Assembly (NCBI GenBank): GCA_000432595.1 | Contig: HF996867.1 | Coordinates: 72,522 to 136,521, forward strand | DNA from: Clostridium sp. CAG:710 | Lineage (GTDB): Bacteria; Bacillota_I; Bacilli_A; RF39; UBA660 | Direction of reading: 5' to 3' | Length of the DNA stretch: 64,000 nt | Shown: positions 51,211-61,531 of the stretch, piece by piece | How the letters are laid out: every line of letters begins with the position of its first letter | How positions within the stretch are numbered: the stretch's first letter is position 1 | Made by a program: the position numbers and the translations under genes | Notes under the pieces: generated by a model | The model's input: the letters and a program-made list of their open reading frames with translations, nothing else | Told to the model about the DNA's origin: nothing | The model's database searches: none

Positions 51211-52050
51211 ATGTTTAAATGGATTAAAGAAAATAAAATTATGTTAATAACGATGTTGATATTTGAAATTGTAGCAATATCATTATTCATTTCAACAAAA
51301 AACATATTTTATTTATTAAATTTTAATTATATAGGAATTTGTATATCAATTGGAATGTATTTAATGCAGCATAAAGTTAAATTTGCAAGAGGTTTCGTAC
51401 AATTAGCAGTTGGACTTTATATGCTTGTATACTTAGGTATTATATGTAGAGAAAACATGCAAATAGAAGGCTTTTGGTACTATTTGTTCTTAGGCGTTTT
51501 TGAAGCCGCAACAATACATTATTTTGTAGCTAAAATAGCTGGACCATTATTCTTTGGGAGAGGGTGGTGCGGTTATGCATGTTGGACTGGAATGATACTA
51601 GACTTATTGCCATATAAAATTCCTAAAAGTAATAGAAAAAAACTAGGATGGATTAGATATATTGTCTTTTTATTATCATTAACGTTTGTATCAGCATTGT
51701 TTATATTTAAGATAGATAATTTAGAGAATATAATGTTTTGGTCATTTATTATAGGAAATATAGTATATTATTTGCTAGGTATATTACTTGCATTTATATT
51801 TAAAGATAATAGAGCTTTTTGCAAGTATATATGTCCTATAACTGTTTTTCTAAAGCCAACTAGTTACTTTTCTTATTTAAGGGTTAAGTGTGATCACAAT
51901 AAATGTATTAATTGTCATAAATGTATAAAAAACTGTCCAATGAATGTAGATATGTTAGATAATTCAAGAAAAAGAAAAAATGGTACTGAATGTATACTTT
52001 GTTGCAACTGTGTTAAAGAATGTCCTAAAAAGGCTTTAGAATTAAAATAA
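51211..52050 (+). CDS. Membrane-bound 4Fe-4S ferredoxin-domain protein
   Basis: Multiple TM segments, CGYAC, CKYICP, CINCHKCIKNCP, CILCCNCVKECP. Confidence 0.6.
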   Translation: MFKWIKENKIMLITMLIFEIVAISLFISTKNIFYLLNFNYIGICISIGMYLMQHKVKFARGFVQLAVGLYMLVYLGIICRENMQIEGFWYYLFLGVFEAATIHYFVAKIAGPLFFGRGWCGYACWTGMILDLLPYKIPKSNRKKLGWIRYIVFLLSLTFVSALFIFKIDNLENIMFWSFIIGNIVYYLLGILLAFIFKDNRAFCKYICPITVFLKPTSYFSYLRVKCDHNKCINCHKCIKNCPMNVDMLDNSRKRKNGTECILCCNCVKECPKKALELK

Positions 52051-52158
52051 TTAAAAGTAAATACCATTATATTCTAAAAGAAGATAGTACGATTACTAAT
52101 CATATTTATTTTTTATTCATAGTAATAAATATTAATTGTTATATATAGAGGTGTTAAA

Positions 52159-52578
52159 ATGAAAAAATATAATGTAATAGTGGTTTTTGAAAAAGACTTA
52201 AATAGAACTTTAATGTGTAAAAGGACGAAAGAACCTTACAAAGGAATGTTTAATTTAGTTGGTGGAAAAATTGATAAAGAAAATGATGGATTAAATGAAG
52301 CGTATAGAGAGTTGCGGGAAGAAACAAATATTAACTGTGATGATATTTCCTTGATTCATTTTATGAATATTGAATATGTTACTATGGGTAAATTAATTGA
52401 AGTATATTATGGTATATTGAATAAAGATGTATGCCTAGTTGAAGAAGTTAATAAACTTGAATGGGTTGATATAAACGATAACTTTTTTGATATGAATAAA
52501 TATGCTGGAGAAGGTAATATAGGACACATCATTGAGGAGATAAAAATCGAGTTGAATAATAAAAACATTAATTTATAA
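52159..52578 (+). CDS. NUDIX hydrolase
   Basis: Nudix box GGKIDKENDGLNEAYRELREETNI. Confidence 0.75.
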   Translation: MKKYNVIVVFEKDLNRTLMCKRTKEPYKGMFNLVGGKIDKENDGLNEAYRELREETNINCDDISLIHFMNIEYVTMGKLIEVYYGILNKDVCLVEEVNKLEWVDINDNFFDMNKYAGEGNIGHIIEEIKIELNNKNINL

Positions 52579-52707
52579 CTTTTGATTTTGTTTCATATTT
52601 AATTTTAGCAGGACAGGAGAATAAGCACGTTCAATGCGAAAATCCTTATTTTAAAAGTAAAAAGCATTTTTGCACTTGAGTTAATGAATATAATAATATA
52701 AAAAAAC

Positions 52708-52755
52708 CTCACACACTAGTATTTAAGTGTACGAGTATTAATTAAAATGGAGTGA
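52708..52755. repeat. Element-end module: hairpin plus AAAATGGAGTGA motif
   Basis: A-run (52701-52706), imperfect hairpin CTCACACACT/AGTGTACGAG (52708-52735), then AAAATGGAGTGA (52744-52755). Same architecture as 10679-10724. Confidence 0.45.
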
Positions 52756-52926
52756 TAGATAAGATAATTTGAAACCATCACTATATAACTAATTTCTATA
52801 AACATATGACTATATTTTATATGTTTTCAAAACAATTTAATAAAATTGATAAAAATAATGTTATAATTAATGCGTAAGGATAAATAATCTGAATTTATTT
52901 TAGACTATTTGGAAGCAGGTGAATAA

Positions 52927-54558
52927 ATGGAAGTAGTAGATTTTAATAAAGTATTATCAAAATCCCTCGATGTAGTTGATGTTGGAATAAACAAGGGTTA
53001 TTTTGATGAGAATAAAAAAGAAGAACTAAACAATAAGTTAGTTACTATATTTAATAATGGCATAGTTTATGATTTACCTGGTACATCAGTATATGGAATG
53101 TATTCTTCTAGTGAAAAAAAATTGTATTTTAATGCTAAAGTTTTTAAAACTGAAGAAGAAGCATTAGTTTATATATTACATGAGATTAAACATGGATTAG
53201 ATCATTATGATGAATCGATTGGTTTTGAATATGAAGATAAAGGTGTTGGCATGAATGAAGGTGCTACTCAAAGGTTTGCGACTGATTTAGCAGAAGAAAT
53301 GTTGCAGACTGAATTTCCTAGAAATATTCAATCTTCATTAGGAATACAATTTAATACATATTTAGACGAATATCAGATTGAAGATAAATTGAATGAATTG
53401 TTTTGTATAGCAACAGGAATAAGTATAAACGAATTTATTAAAATGCAAAATGACCCACAAAAAGAAGAATTTAAAAGATTAATTGATAAATTCAATCAAC
53501 ATGCTAGTTATGAAGTATTTAGAGAACTGCTAGATCAAATATATATGATTCAAGAAGAAACATGGCTTGATGAAAATCGCAATATGTTAGATAAAGAAAA
53601 AGAACCAACTGCTGAGCAAACAAAAAGAGCAATGAATCTAATAAGTCGTTGTAAAAAATTATTATTGAAATATGCAAAAAGAGCAAATATAACTGCTGTA
53701 GATAAAATTAAGGAGGTATCTTTTATGTCAATAGATGAGTATGGTCACATTATTAAAGATAGTTATGATGAACCAACTATACACACAAATTCAGAAGAAA
53801 ATGATATAATGTCTGAAGAAAATATAGTTATGCAAGCAGATTATATCAATTATCAGCAAAACATTTTAAATCAAATTGGAAGTAATGCTTTTAATAATGA
53901 ATGTGCTGTTGTTTTCGTTACCGAATTTAAATATGATAACTGTGAAAAAAATGTCTTTCTAAGAAAAGGAAACGACTATCAAAAAATTATAATTCCAATG
54001 AAGAATGATAAAACAATGGACATTGCTAATATTAGTGTTCAAAAAGTTGATGATATAAATGAGATAAAACTTTCAATTGAAGATTGTGAAACAGAATTTG
54101 GCGTTATTGCAAACGCTCCAGAATATGCAAGAGTTTTAAGTATGTCAGGTGATGATGGCAAAGCCCAAAGTATTTTAAATAAATGGAATTATTTTTTAAG
54201 TAGACAAAATGAATTAGATCAAATTAGACAAAGGGTTGAAGAACAGGATATAACATTTAGGAATAACATGGAAAGATTAAGAAGTTCATTAGGAGATAAT
54301 GGGGAAACAACACCTCAGCAATCTTATTTTGATACCTTATTTAATAAAACCATTAAATATGGAAATATTGTAGTAAATGAAGATGGAATTAATATTGTAA
54401 ATCCAGATGGTTCAATAAAATTTGCTACAGCTGAAGAAGAAGAACAATATATATCACAAATAAGAAGAGCTGTAGAGAATGGTGAAATATTATTAAATAG
54501 AGCTCAATTAGGAGTATTAGATTTATATACAAATGGTGATACTCATAAAAAAATGTAG
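52927..54558 (+). CDS. HExxH zincin-like protein with a long uncharacterised C-terminal region
   Basis: LHEIKHGLDH with a downstream MNEGATQ as a possible third ligand; 543 aa. Confidence 0.45.
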   Translation: MEVVDFNKVLSKSLDVVDVGINKGYFDENKKEELNNKLVTIFNNGIVYDLPGTSVYGMYSSSEKKLYFNAKVFKTEEEALVYILHEIKHGLDHYDESIGFEYEDKGVGMNEGATQRFATDLAEEMLQTEFPRNIQSSLGIQFNTYLDEYQIEDKLNELFCIATGISINEFIKMQNDPQKEEFKRLIDKFNQHASYEVFRELLDQIYMIQEETWLDENRNMLDKEKEPTAEQTKRAMNLISRCKKLLLKYAKRANITAVDKIKEVSFMSIDEYGHIIKDSYDEPTIHTNSEENDIMSEENIVMQADYINYQQNILNQIGSNAFNNECAVVFVTEFKYDNCEKNVFLRKGNDYQKIIIPMKNDKTMDIANISVQKVDDINEIKLSIEDCETEFGVIANAPEYARVLSMSGDDGKAQSILNKWNYFLSRQNELDQIRQRVEEQDITFRNNMERLRSSLGDNGETTPQQSYFDTLFNKTIKYGNIVVNEDGINIVNPDGSIKFATAEEEEQYISQIRRAVENGEILLNRAQLGVLDLYTNGDTHKKM

Positions 54559-54880
54559 TAAATACTCAATTAAAGTTCATATCACTTATGTTTGCACAAA
54601 CTCTCAAAACAGATATAACTATTATCCTTATTCTAAATATAAATATGATGCTTCTAAATCACAAGAAAAAGTTAATATATTTATGTAATTATAAAAATAT
54701 TGTTTTATAAAGAAAAAATCGAACTAAATAGTTGGACAATTTTTATAAATGTAGCGATACCAAAGGTTATTTGAAACTCTTAGTAATAAAAGCTGATAAA
54801 CGACTAATTCCTAAAACAATAATACATATTTTTTTAGATATTAAATAGATTTAAAGAAAATTGAGTAAATAAAAGGTATA

Positions 54881-55530
54881 ATGTATTTAGAAATTCATTC
54901 AGGGAATGATAATATGCTTAAAGAGTTAAAAATAGAATTAACTAATAAATGTTCTAGAATAATTAAAGAAGCAAAACTAATGGGTGCTGAAACTATAGTT
55001 TTTACTGGTGGAGAGACTTTAATGTATGATAGACTTCCTGGACTCGTAGAATTGACTTCAAAATTAGGAATGAAATCAACTATTTATATTTTTGCATATA
55101 GAACCGATGAAACTTTAAATAAATACAAACAATTAATTGATTTAGGGTTAAATAAAATAGTTTATTCACTTGCTGATTAACTATCTGATGAAGAAGATAT
55201 TTCAATTTATGATAAGGCTGAATTCTTTGATAAAGTATCTGAAAACAATTATGCAAGATTATGATTTCATTATACTGTTTCAAAAGATTCTTTTACTAGA
55301 TTAGAACAAGTAGTAAATGGACCTACTGATATGGATTTATCAAAAGGAAAATTATTAGAAATTAAAAAACTTTATTTAAACTCAAATGATAAAGATAGAA
55401 TTAGATTAGGTATTAGTGAAAATATATAATCCAGAGTATTTTAGCAATAATAGAAAATTTAATACTGATGATTCTTGTTCTTCTTGTGAACAAACTATAT
55501 ATATAAAAGTGGTTGTATTGGACAAAATAT
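54881..55530 (+). pseudogene. Decayed radical SAM gene
   Basis: LKIELTNKCS (the CxxxCxxC cluster is missing) and ETIVFTGGETLMYDRL. The reading frame breaks at about 55180 and continues in other frames; a Cys-rich remnant CSSCEQ lies at about 55480. Confidence 0.45.
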
Positions 55531-55618
55531 AATTGCTAATTATATTGAAAATAAGAATGAAGTTTTAACGTTAAAAAGGTGTATTAATTCAAGCAATCAA
55601 AGTGTATGAGGTAGATAT

Positions 55619-56554
55619 ATGAAGAAAAGACAAGAAGTATATGATTTATATTGGTATTTTGCTTGTGAAAGGCAAAATATATTTTGGAAAAAAATAAATG
55701 GAGAATCTGCTCCATGGACTGAAGATAAAATTTTACAAGAATATAAGTTTTGTAATAGTTATAGAGTCAATGACAGAGTTAGCCAATACTTATTAAAGAA
55801 TGTTATTTATAATGGTAAAAGATATACTGATGAAGATATGTTATTTAGAATATTAATATTTAAACTATTTAATAAAGAATCTACTTGGGAATTATTATTA
55901 AATAGTTTTGATGATATTACTTTAAAAACATTTAATATTAAAGATTATTCAATAGTATTGGAAAATGCTATATCTAGTGGTATTAAAATATATAATGATG
56001 CCTATATAAGTTGTGCTAATAAAGCATTTGGATATGATAGAAAACACGATAATCATTTAGCATTACTTAATAAAATGTTTAATGAAGATAGAATACAAGA
56101 TAAAATAGTAAAGTGCAAAAATATGGAAGAAGCATTTAATATAATTAAAAGCTATCCATTAATTGGAAACTTCATGGCCTATCAATTAGTAACTGATATA
56201 AATTATAGTGAAGTGGTAGACTGGAAAGAAGATGAATTTACTATTGCTGGACCTGGATCACTTCGTGGAATAAAAAAATGTTTTATTGATAAAGGCAAAA
56301 TGAGTAATGAAGATATAATTAGATATATGTATGAACATCAAGATGAAGAATTTAAAAGACTTAATTTAGATTTTAAAAGAATTTACAATAGACCATTGCA
56401 ACTTATAGATTGTCAAAATATATTTTGTGAATTAGATAAATATTGTAGACAAGCATTACCGGATTTAAAATCGAATAGAACTAAAATAAAAAAGCACTAC
56501 ATACCGAAGAAAGAAAAAATAGAATATGTTTATCCAAAAAAGTGGAAGTTTTAA
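55619..56554 (+). CDS. Putative DNA base hypermodification protein (alpha-glutamyl/putrescinyl thymine pyrophosphorylase-like)
   Basis: N-terminal YWYFACERQNIFWKK...APWTEDKILQEYKFCNSYRVNDRVSQYL matches my memory of the aGPT-Pplase family signature (ER..I...PWT.D.IL..Y+F.N.YR..DR). Confidence 0.5.
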   Translation: MKKRQEVYDLYWYFACERQNIFWKKINGESAPWTEDKILQEYKFCNSYRVNDRVSQYLLKNVIYNGKRYTDEDMLFRILIFKLFNKESTWELLLNSFDDITLKTFNIKDYSIVLENAISSGIKIYNDAYISCANKAFGYDRKHDNHLALLNKMFNEDRIQDKIVKCKNMEEAFNIIKSYPLIGNFMAYQLVTDINYSEVVDWKEDEFTIAGPGSLRGIKKCFIDKGKMSNEDIIRYMYEHQDEEFKRLNLDFKRIYNRPLQLIDCQNIFCELDKYCRQALPDLKSNRTKIKKHYIPKKEKIEYVYPKKWKF

Positions 56555-57100
56555 GGCTGGTAAGCTAGTAATTTATGATAATAGCGGATTTTAATGGATT
56601 TTTAGAGTTTAAAGAAGAAACTTATCCTTTTTCGCTTTCAAAAAACAAAATTACAATACACCCATACTCACTAGATAAATGAAATAGATTACTTGAAGAA
56701 TGATTTCATCGTACTTCCAATAAAAAGAATAAATGGTTAGATAAAATAATTATTGAGGGTATAACCGATACAGAAAGGGTGTAAAATTTTTTGTTACGAC
56801 AGTCCCACGTATTATAATGGATATTATACTTTTATAGTTGATTATATGTATATATATGATATAAATCACGAAACAAATGATACGTATGATATTAAAGACA
56901 TAAGATTTAAAGGACCAGAAATAAATTATTTTTATAATGTATTTGATTACGTCAAAACTCGAAAAGTTCGAGCAGACTCGTCAATGGAACCTTAAAGGTT
57001 GAAGTCGGACAACCTTTATTTTTTATATAATAGGTAGTAATAAACTACTAACTGATGTAAGTATACCATGAAAATACGAATATAGTACAAAAATATAAAT

Positions 57101-57124
57101 ACAGTGACATTTACAGTGACATTT
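57101..57124 (+). repeat. Perfect tandem 2 x 12 bp (ACAGTGACATTT) upstream of the Fic gene
   Basis: 57101-57112 and 57113-57124 are identical. TATACT lies at 57129-57134 and RBS GAGGAG at 57146-57151. Confidence 0.7.
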
Positions 57125-57159
57125 GTGGTATACTTTTATTAGTACGAGGAGTGATATAG

Positions 57160-58128
57160 GTGAAATTATTTGATGAAATAAAACCAGTGTTTTTTATTGA
57201 CAATAAAATGAATAATCTATTAAATGATATAAATGTTAAACTTAAAAATATAAATGTTAATGATAAACAAAAAAGAAAATATATGATTTCAAAATCTAAA
57301 ATAAGGTCAATTCATTCTTCACTTGCAATTGAAGCTAATTCATTATCTTTATTTGATGTAGAAAGTATATCAGAAAATAAACTAATATTAGGTAAAAAAG
57401 ATGAAGTACAAGAAGTAAAAAATGCAATTGAAGCATATAATCATATAAATGAATATAATTATAAAAGTGAAAATGATTTATTAAAGTTACATAGGTTAAT
57501 GATGAAATACTTTGATGAAGATAATGGTAATTATAGAAATCATGGAGAAGGAGTAAAAAGAAAAGATGAAATAATATATATGGCACCTGAATCAATTTTG
57601 GTTCCATCATTAATGAAAAGTTTATTTGAATATATAAGTAGTAGTGATTTAAATATTATTATTTTATCTGCAATTTTTCATTATTATTTTGTTTTTATTC
57701 ATCCTTTTTCAGATGGAAACGGAAGATGTGCTAGATTTTGGGTAACATTAATGCTAATAAATTATGATAAAAATTTTGAATTTATACCGTTAGAAGAAGA
57801 GATATACTTAAATCAGGAAAACTACTACTTAGCTATAGCAGAATGTCATAATAATGGAAATGCAAATGTATTTATAAAGTTTATTTTACAGACAATTAAT
57901 TCATCATTAGATAAATTGATAAAAAATAGTAATTTTGTTTGTAATGATATTCAAAATAAAATTATAGAACTAATAGCAAATAATAATAGAATTACGCAAA
58001 ATGAAATAGCTAATATAACTAATGTTAATGTAAGAACCATTAAAAGAAATTTTAAAATATTAATAGATAATTTAATAATTGAAAGAATTGGTTCTGACAA
58101 AGCGGGATATTGGCAAATACTAAAATAA
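57160..58128 (+). CDS. Fic-family protein with C-terminal winged-helix domain
   Basis: Fic motif HPFSDGNGRCARFW; C-terminal ELIANNNRITQNEIANITNVNVRTIKRNF is HTH-like; GTG start. Confidence 0.85.
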   Translation: MKLFDEIKPVFFIDNKMNNLLNDINVKLKNINVNDKQKRKYMISKSKIRSIHSSLAIEANSLSLFDVESISENKLILGKKDEVQEVKNAIEAYNHINEYNYKSENDLLKLHRLMMKYFDEDNGNYRNHGEGVKRKDEIIYMAPESILVPSLMKSLFEYISSSDLNIIILSAIFHYYFVFIHPFSDGNGRCARFWVTLMLINYDKNFEFIPLEEEIYLNQENYYLAIAECHNNGNANVFIKFILQTINSSLDKLIKNSNFVCNDIQNKIIELIANNNRITQNEIANITNVNVRTIKRNFKILIDNLIIERIGSDKAGYWQILK

Positions 58129-58457
58129 TTATTAAGCAGGATAAAGAAATTGATAACACCACTATATTTAAAGTCTTATAAACAAAGAATTTATAGTGCT
58201 ATCATTTCTTATTTTGCACTTGCAAAATTGAATTAAAAATATGTAAGAACTCTACCATACTTTTTATTTATTCTTTTTGATTAAAGGTATTATGGAACTA
58301 TAATTTATTTCCAACAGTTGGAATGTGTTTAAAAATATTGGATGACTCTTGGATGTTTTAGGTTAGTGATAAAATTGGCAAAAATGATGGTATAATTATA
58401 TATAGAAGTGACAGATAAATAGTAATTTAATAATTTAAAAAATTTCATTAAAAGATA

Positions 58458-58488
58458 TTGACTCTCCCCTTAGAGTAGGTTGTATAAA
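58458..58488 (+). promoter_or_regulatory. MerR-type promoter with 19-nt spacer and internal dyad
   Basis: TTGACT (58458-58463), a 19-nt spacer containing ACTCT-N6-AGAGT, then TATAAA (58483-58488). Confidence 0.55.
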
Positions 58489-58507
58489 TAATTTGAGGAG
58501 GCAAGAT

Positions 58508-59305
58508 ATGTATAAAATAGGAGATTTTTCTAAAATGTCTAAAACCACCATAAAGGCATTAAGATACTATGAAAAAGAAGGATTATTAAAACCTGTTTTT
58601 ATAGACCAAAATACGAGTTATAGGTATTATGAAAGTAGTCAGTTAGTTGATATTTCAAAGATAATATCCTTAAGGCAAATAGGCTTATCAATTAAAGACA
58701 TTAAAAAAGTTTTAGATGGACAAGATATGTCGTTAATTCTTAATAAAAGAAAAAATGAAATTGAGAAAAATATTTCTAATTTTAATATTGAGCTTTCTAA
58801 AATAAATTATTTATTGGAGGAAAACAATATGAAAAATGAGATTTTTATCAAAGACATTCCAAGTTACATTATTTATTATCGTGATGGAATGATAGAGGAT
58901 TTTAGTAAAATTACAGAATTTGTTTTACAAGCAGGAACAGAATGTGCAAAAGCAAATCCAAACTTAAAGTGCATAAACCCAGATTATTGTTATATCAGTT
59001 ATTTAGATGGAGAATACAAAGAAAAAGATATCAAGATTAGATATGCACAAGCAGTTGAAAAATTAGGAAACGAAACTGATAAAGTTAAATTTATGAAATC
59101 AAATCCTATTACAGCAGTATGTATTTATCACAAAGGAGCTTATAATAATTTAAGAGATTCTTATAATATTATTTTAAAATACATTGAAGATAATGGATAT
59201 GAGATAATAGATAATGCGAGAGAATGTTATATTGATGGATGTTGGAATAAAGAAAATGAAGAAGATTATTTAACAGAGATTCAATTTCCTGTTAAGAAAA
59301 GATAA
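58508..59305 (+). CDS. MerR-family regulator with GyrI-like effector-binding domain
   Basis: MYKIGDFSKMSKTTIKALRYYEKEGLL (MerR HTH), a coiled-coil linker and a C-terminal domain of about 150 aa. The ATG at 58508 follows GAGGAGG. Confidence 0.85.
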   Translation: MYKIGDFSKMSKTTIKALRYYEKEGLLKPVFIDQNTSYRYYESSQLVDISKIISLRQIGLSIKDIKKVLDGQDMSLILNKRKNEIEKNISNFNIELSKINYLLEENNMKNEIFIKDIPSYIIYYRDGMIEDFSKITEFVLQAGTECAKANPNLKCINPDYCYISYLDGEYKEKDIKIRYAQAVEKLGNETDKVKFMKSNPITAVCIYHKGAYNNLRDSYNIILKYIEDNGYEIIDNARECYIDGCWNKENEEDYLTEIQFPVKKR

Positions 59306-59546
59306 ATACAAATTACAATTTATTAGTTAGATTAGTTTGAAATATAACTAGTCTTTTTATTTTGAAAGAAAAATTTATTTGATGTCTAGTGTAGATGATT
59401 TTGACCATCTAGGGTAGATGAAAATTTCCATCCAAGATGGACAAAAATGTCTAACATAATATAATAAGTTAATATAAAGAATTAATATAACAAGAATATA
59501 AATAATAATTTAAATTAGTATAAATATTTATATTAAAAAACAAGTA

Positions 59547-59883
59547 TTAAGTTGGTACTTTACTTGTTTTAAAAATATTTTTATATAGCTGTGTTCTATC
59601 TGGATTTCTTATATTTGATAAATTAATAGTGATTATTCCGAGTTCTAATTTGTTACTTTTAAACTTATCATTATCTTGTATAGGTATTATTCTTAATAAC
59701 AATGATATGTGGCATAACATAAGCAACATTAGTACCTGTTACATTTTTAATTGAGCCATTATTTATAATTGGAGTAGTATTTGTAAATCTTCCAATTATT
59801 TCAATTTTTCTTTTTAATTTATCATTTATTTTTAATTCTTTTGTTTCTATATTTAACATAAAAAGGGCTCTTTTACATAACAA
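59547..59883 (-). pseudogene. Frameshifted copy of the element-end small ORF
   Basis: Two overlapping frames (59671-59883 and 59547-59729). GTNVAYVMPHIIVIKNN aligns with the intact copies. Confidence 0.45.
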
Positions 59884-59959
59884 AAAAACTAACTATTTCT
59901 AGTTAGCATTTATTGCTCCCAGAAGTTAATTTCCGAGCTTCCTATCAATTTGGAGCGAA
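59882..59959. repeat. Element-end module: terminator-like hairpin plus CAATTTGGAGCGAA motif
   Basis: AAAAAAACTAACTATTTCTAGTTAG (59882-59906) is a near copy of 17790-17814. The motif lies at 59946-59959. Confidence 0.6.
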
Positions 59960-60103
59960 TAAACAACAAGTTACGAACCAAGTTCCCTTTCTAAAAATAT
60001 TATATATGTATTGTTATTAAATTCCAATAGGCATATGGAAAAAAATACGTTTATATAGTATAATTTTTATAGTTTAAAATTAGTAAAAGTTAGGAAGTTA
60101 TAT

Positions 60104-61531
60104 ATGAAAATAGGAATAGATATAGACAATGTAATATCAAATTTTAACGATACTTTATTAAATGAATATTTGCTACATGATAAAAAAATAAGAAATTCGG
60201 GTGTTATAAATAAAAATGCTGATTATATTAGAAAAGGAATGTTTGATTGGAATGAAGATGAAGAAACCAATTTTTATAAAAATAATATAGAAAGAATAGC
60301 AAAAAAATTAGGTGTTATTGAAGGAGCTAAAGAATATATAGATAAGCTTCATGATGATGGTCATGTTATTTGTATTATCACAGGAAGAAATAATGGAGAA
60401 TATACAGAACCATATAATATGACAAAAAAGTGGCTTGATGAAAATAATATTTATTATGATAACTTGATTTTAACAGATGCCTATGATAAACACGCTAAAA
60501 CTAAGCAATGTTTAGAGCATAATATTGATATTATGATTGATGACTCTGTTCGGATATGTAATGATTGTATTGAAAATGGAATAACAACAGTTTTAATGGA
60601 TACACCTTATAACAAATCTTCTAATATCCAAAGAGTTAAAAGTTGGGAAGAATTTTATAGATATGTCTCAAATTATAAAAAAGATAAAATTAATATAATA
60701 TTAGATACTGATACTTATAATGAATGTGATGATCAATTTGCATTATCATATTTAATAAAATCGAAAGACTTATTTAATATTGAAGCAATAACAATTGCAC
60801 CATATTCTCATACAAAAAGAGATGTAAAAGTAAGGGATAGCCAAGAGTTAAGTTATAATGAAATTTTAAAGATATGTAATTGGTTAAACTTTGATACAGA
60901 TAATAAGGTGTTTAAAGGTTCGGTGGATTACATTCAAAACGGTTATGATGAAAAAAATGTTGCTGTAAATAAAATTATAGAAATAGCTTTAAAAAATAAT
61001 AAAACTTATATATTAGGGATTGGCGCTATTACTAATATTGCTTTAGCAATAAAAAAAGAACCAAAAATAGTAAACAAAATAGAAATTATTTGGTTAGGTG
61101 GCAATGAACTTGGCTACAAAGATAACCTTGAATATAATTTTAGACAAGATGTTGAAGCTGTAAAAATAGTATTTGAATCAAAAGTGAAGTTAACTATACT
61201 TCCTTGTAAAAATGTTGTTTCAGAATTAAGAATTGATATTAATACTCTAAAAAAACATTTAGAGAACAAATCAGACTTATGTAATTATTTAATTGAAAGA
61301 TTTTATAATGATGGATATCATGGTGTGCAAGAATCAAGAGTAATATGGGATATATCAGTAATAGCTTATATGATAAATAAAAATTGGTTTGAAACGGAAC
61401 AAATAAGTTGTCCTAATATAAGAAAGGATACTTCTTATGAAGTAACGTACAATAGACATAATATTATTTTTGTTACTAAATTAGATAGAAATAAAATATA
61501 TGATGATTTATTTAAAAAGATAGGAGAATGA
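60104..61531 (+). CDS. Fusion of a HAD/NT5C-type 5'(3')-deoxyribonucleotidase domain and a nucleoside hydrolase (IUNH-like) domain
   Basis: N-terminus: IGIDIDNVISNF (DxDxV), ITGRN, MIDDS. C-terminus: IILDTDTYNECDDQFAL (aspartate cluster of inosine-uridine nucleoside hydrolases). Confidence 0.6.
   Translation: MKIGIDIDNVISNFNDTLLNEYLLHDKKIRNSGVINKNADYIRKGMFDWNEDEETNFYKNNIERIAKKLGVIEGAKEYIDKLHDDGHVICIITGRNNGEYTEPYNMTKKWLDENNIYYDNLILTDAYDKHAKTKQCLEHNIDIMIDDSVRICNDCIENGITTVLMDTPYNKSSNIQRVKSWEEFYRYVSNYKKDKINIILDTDTYNECDDQFALSYLIKSKDLFNIEAITIAPYSHTKRDVKVRDSQELSYNEILKICNWLNFDTDNKVFKGSVDYIQNGYDEKNVAVNKIIEIALKNNKTYILGIGAITNIALAIKKEPKIVNKIEIIWLGGNELGYKDNLEYNFRQDVEAVKIVFESKVKLTILPCKNVVSELRIDINTLKKHLENKSDLCNYLIERFYNDGYHGVQESRVIWDISVIAYMINKNWFETEQISCPNIRKDTSYEVTYNRHNIIFVTKLDRNKIYDDLFKKIGE

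Larger units (their letters stand above)
52744..59959. mobile_element. Recombinase-less decayed island bounded by end motifs
   Basis: Bounded by motif copies at 52744-52755 and 59946-59959. The right end reproduces the small ORF (frameshifted) plus terminator arrangement seen next to tRNA-Gly. Contains at least 2 pseudogenes. Confidence 0.4.
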
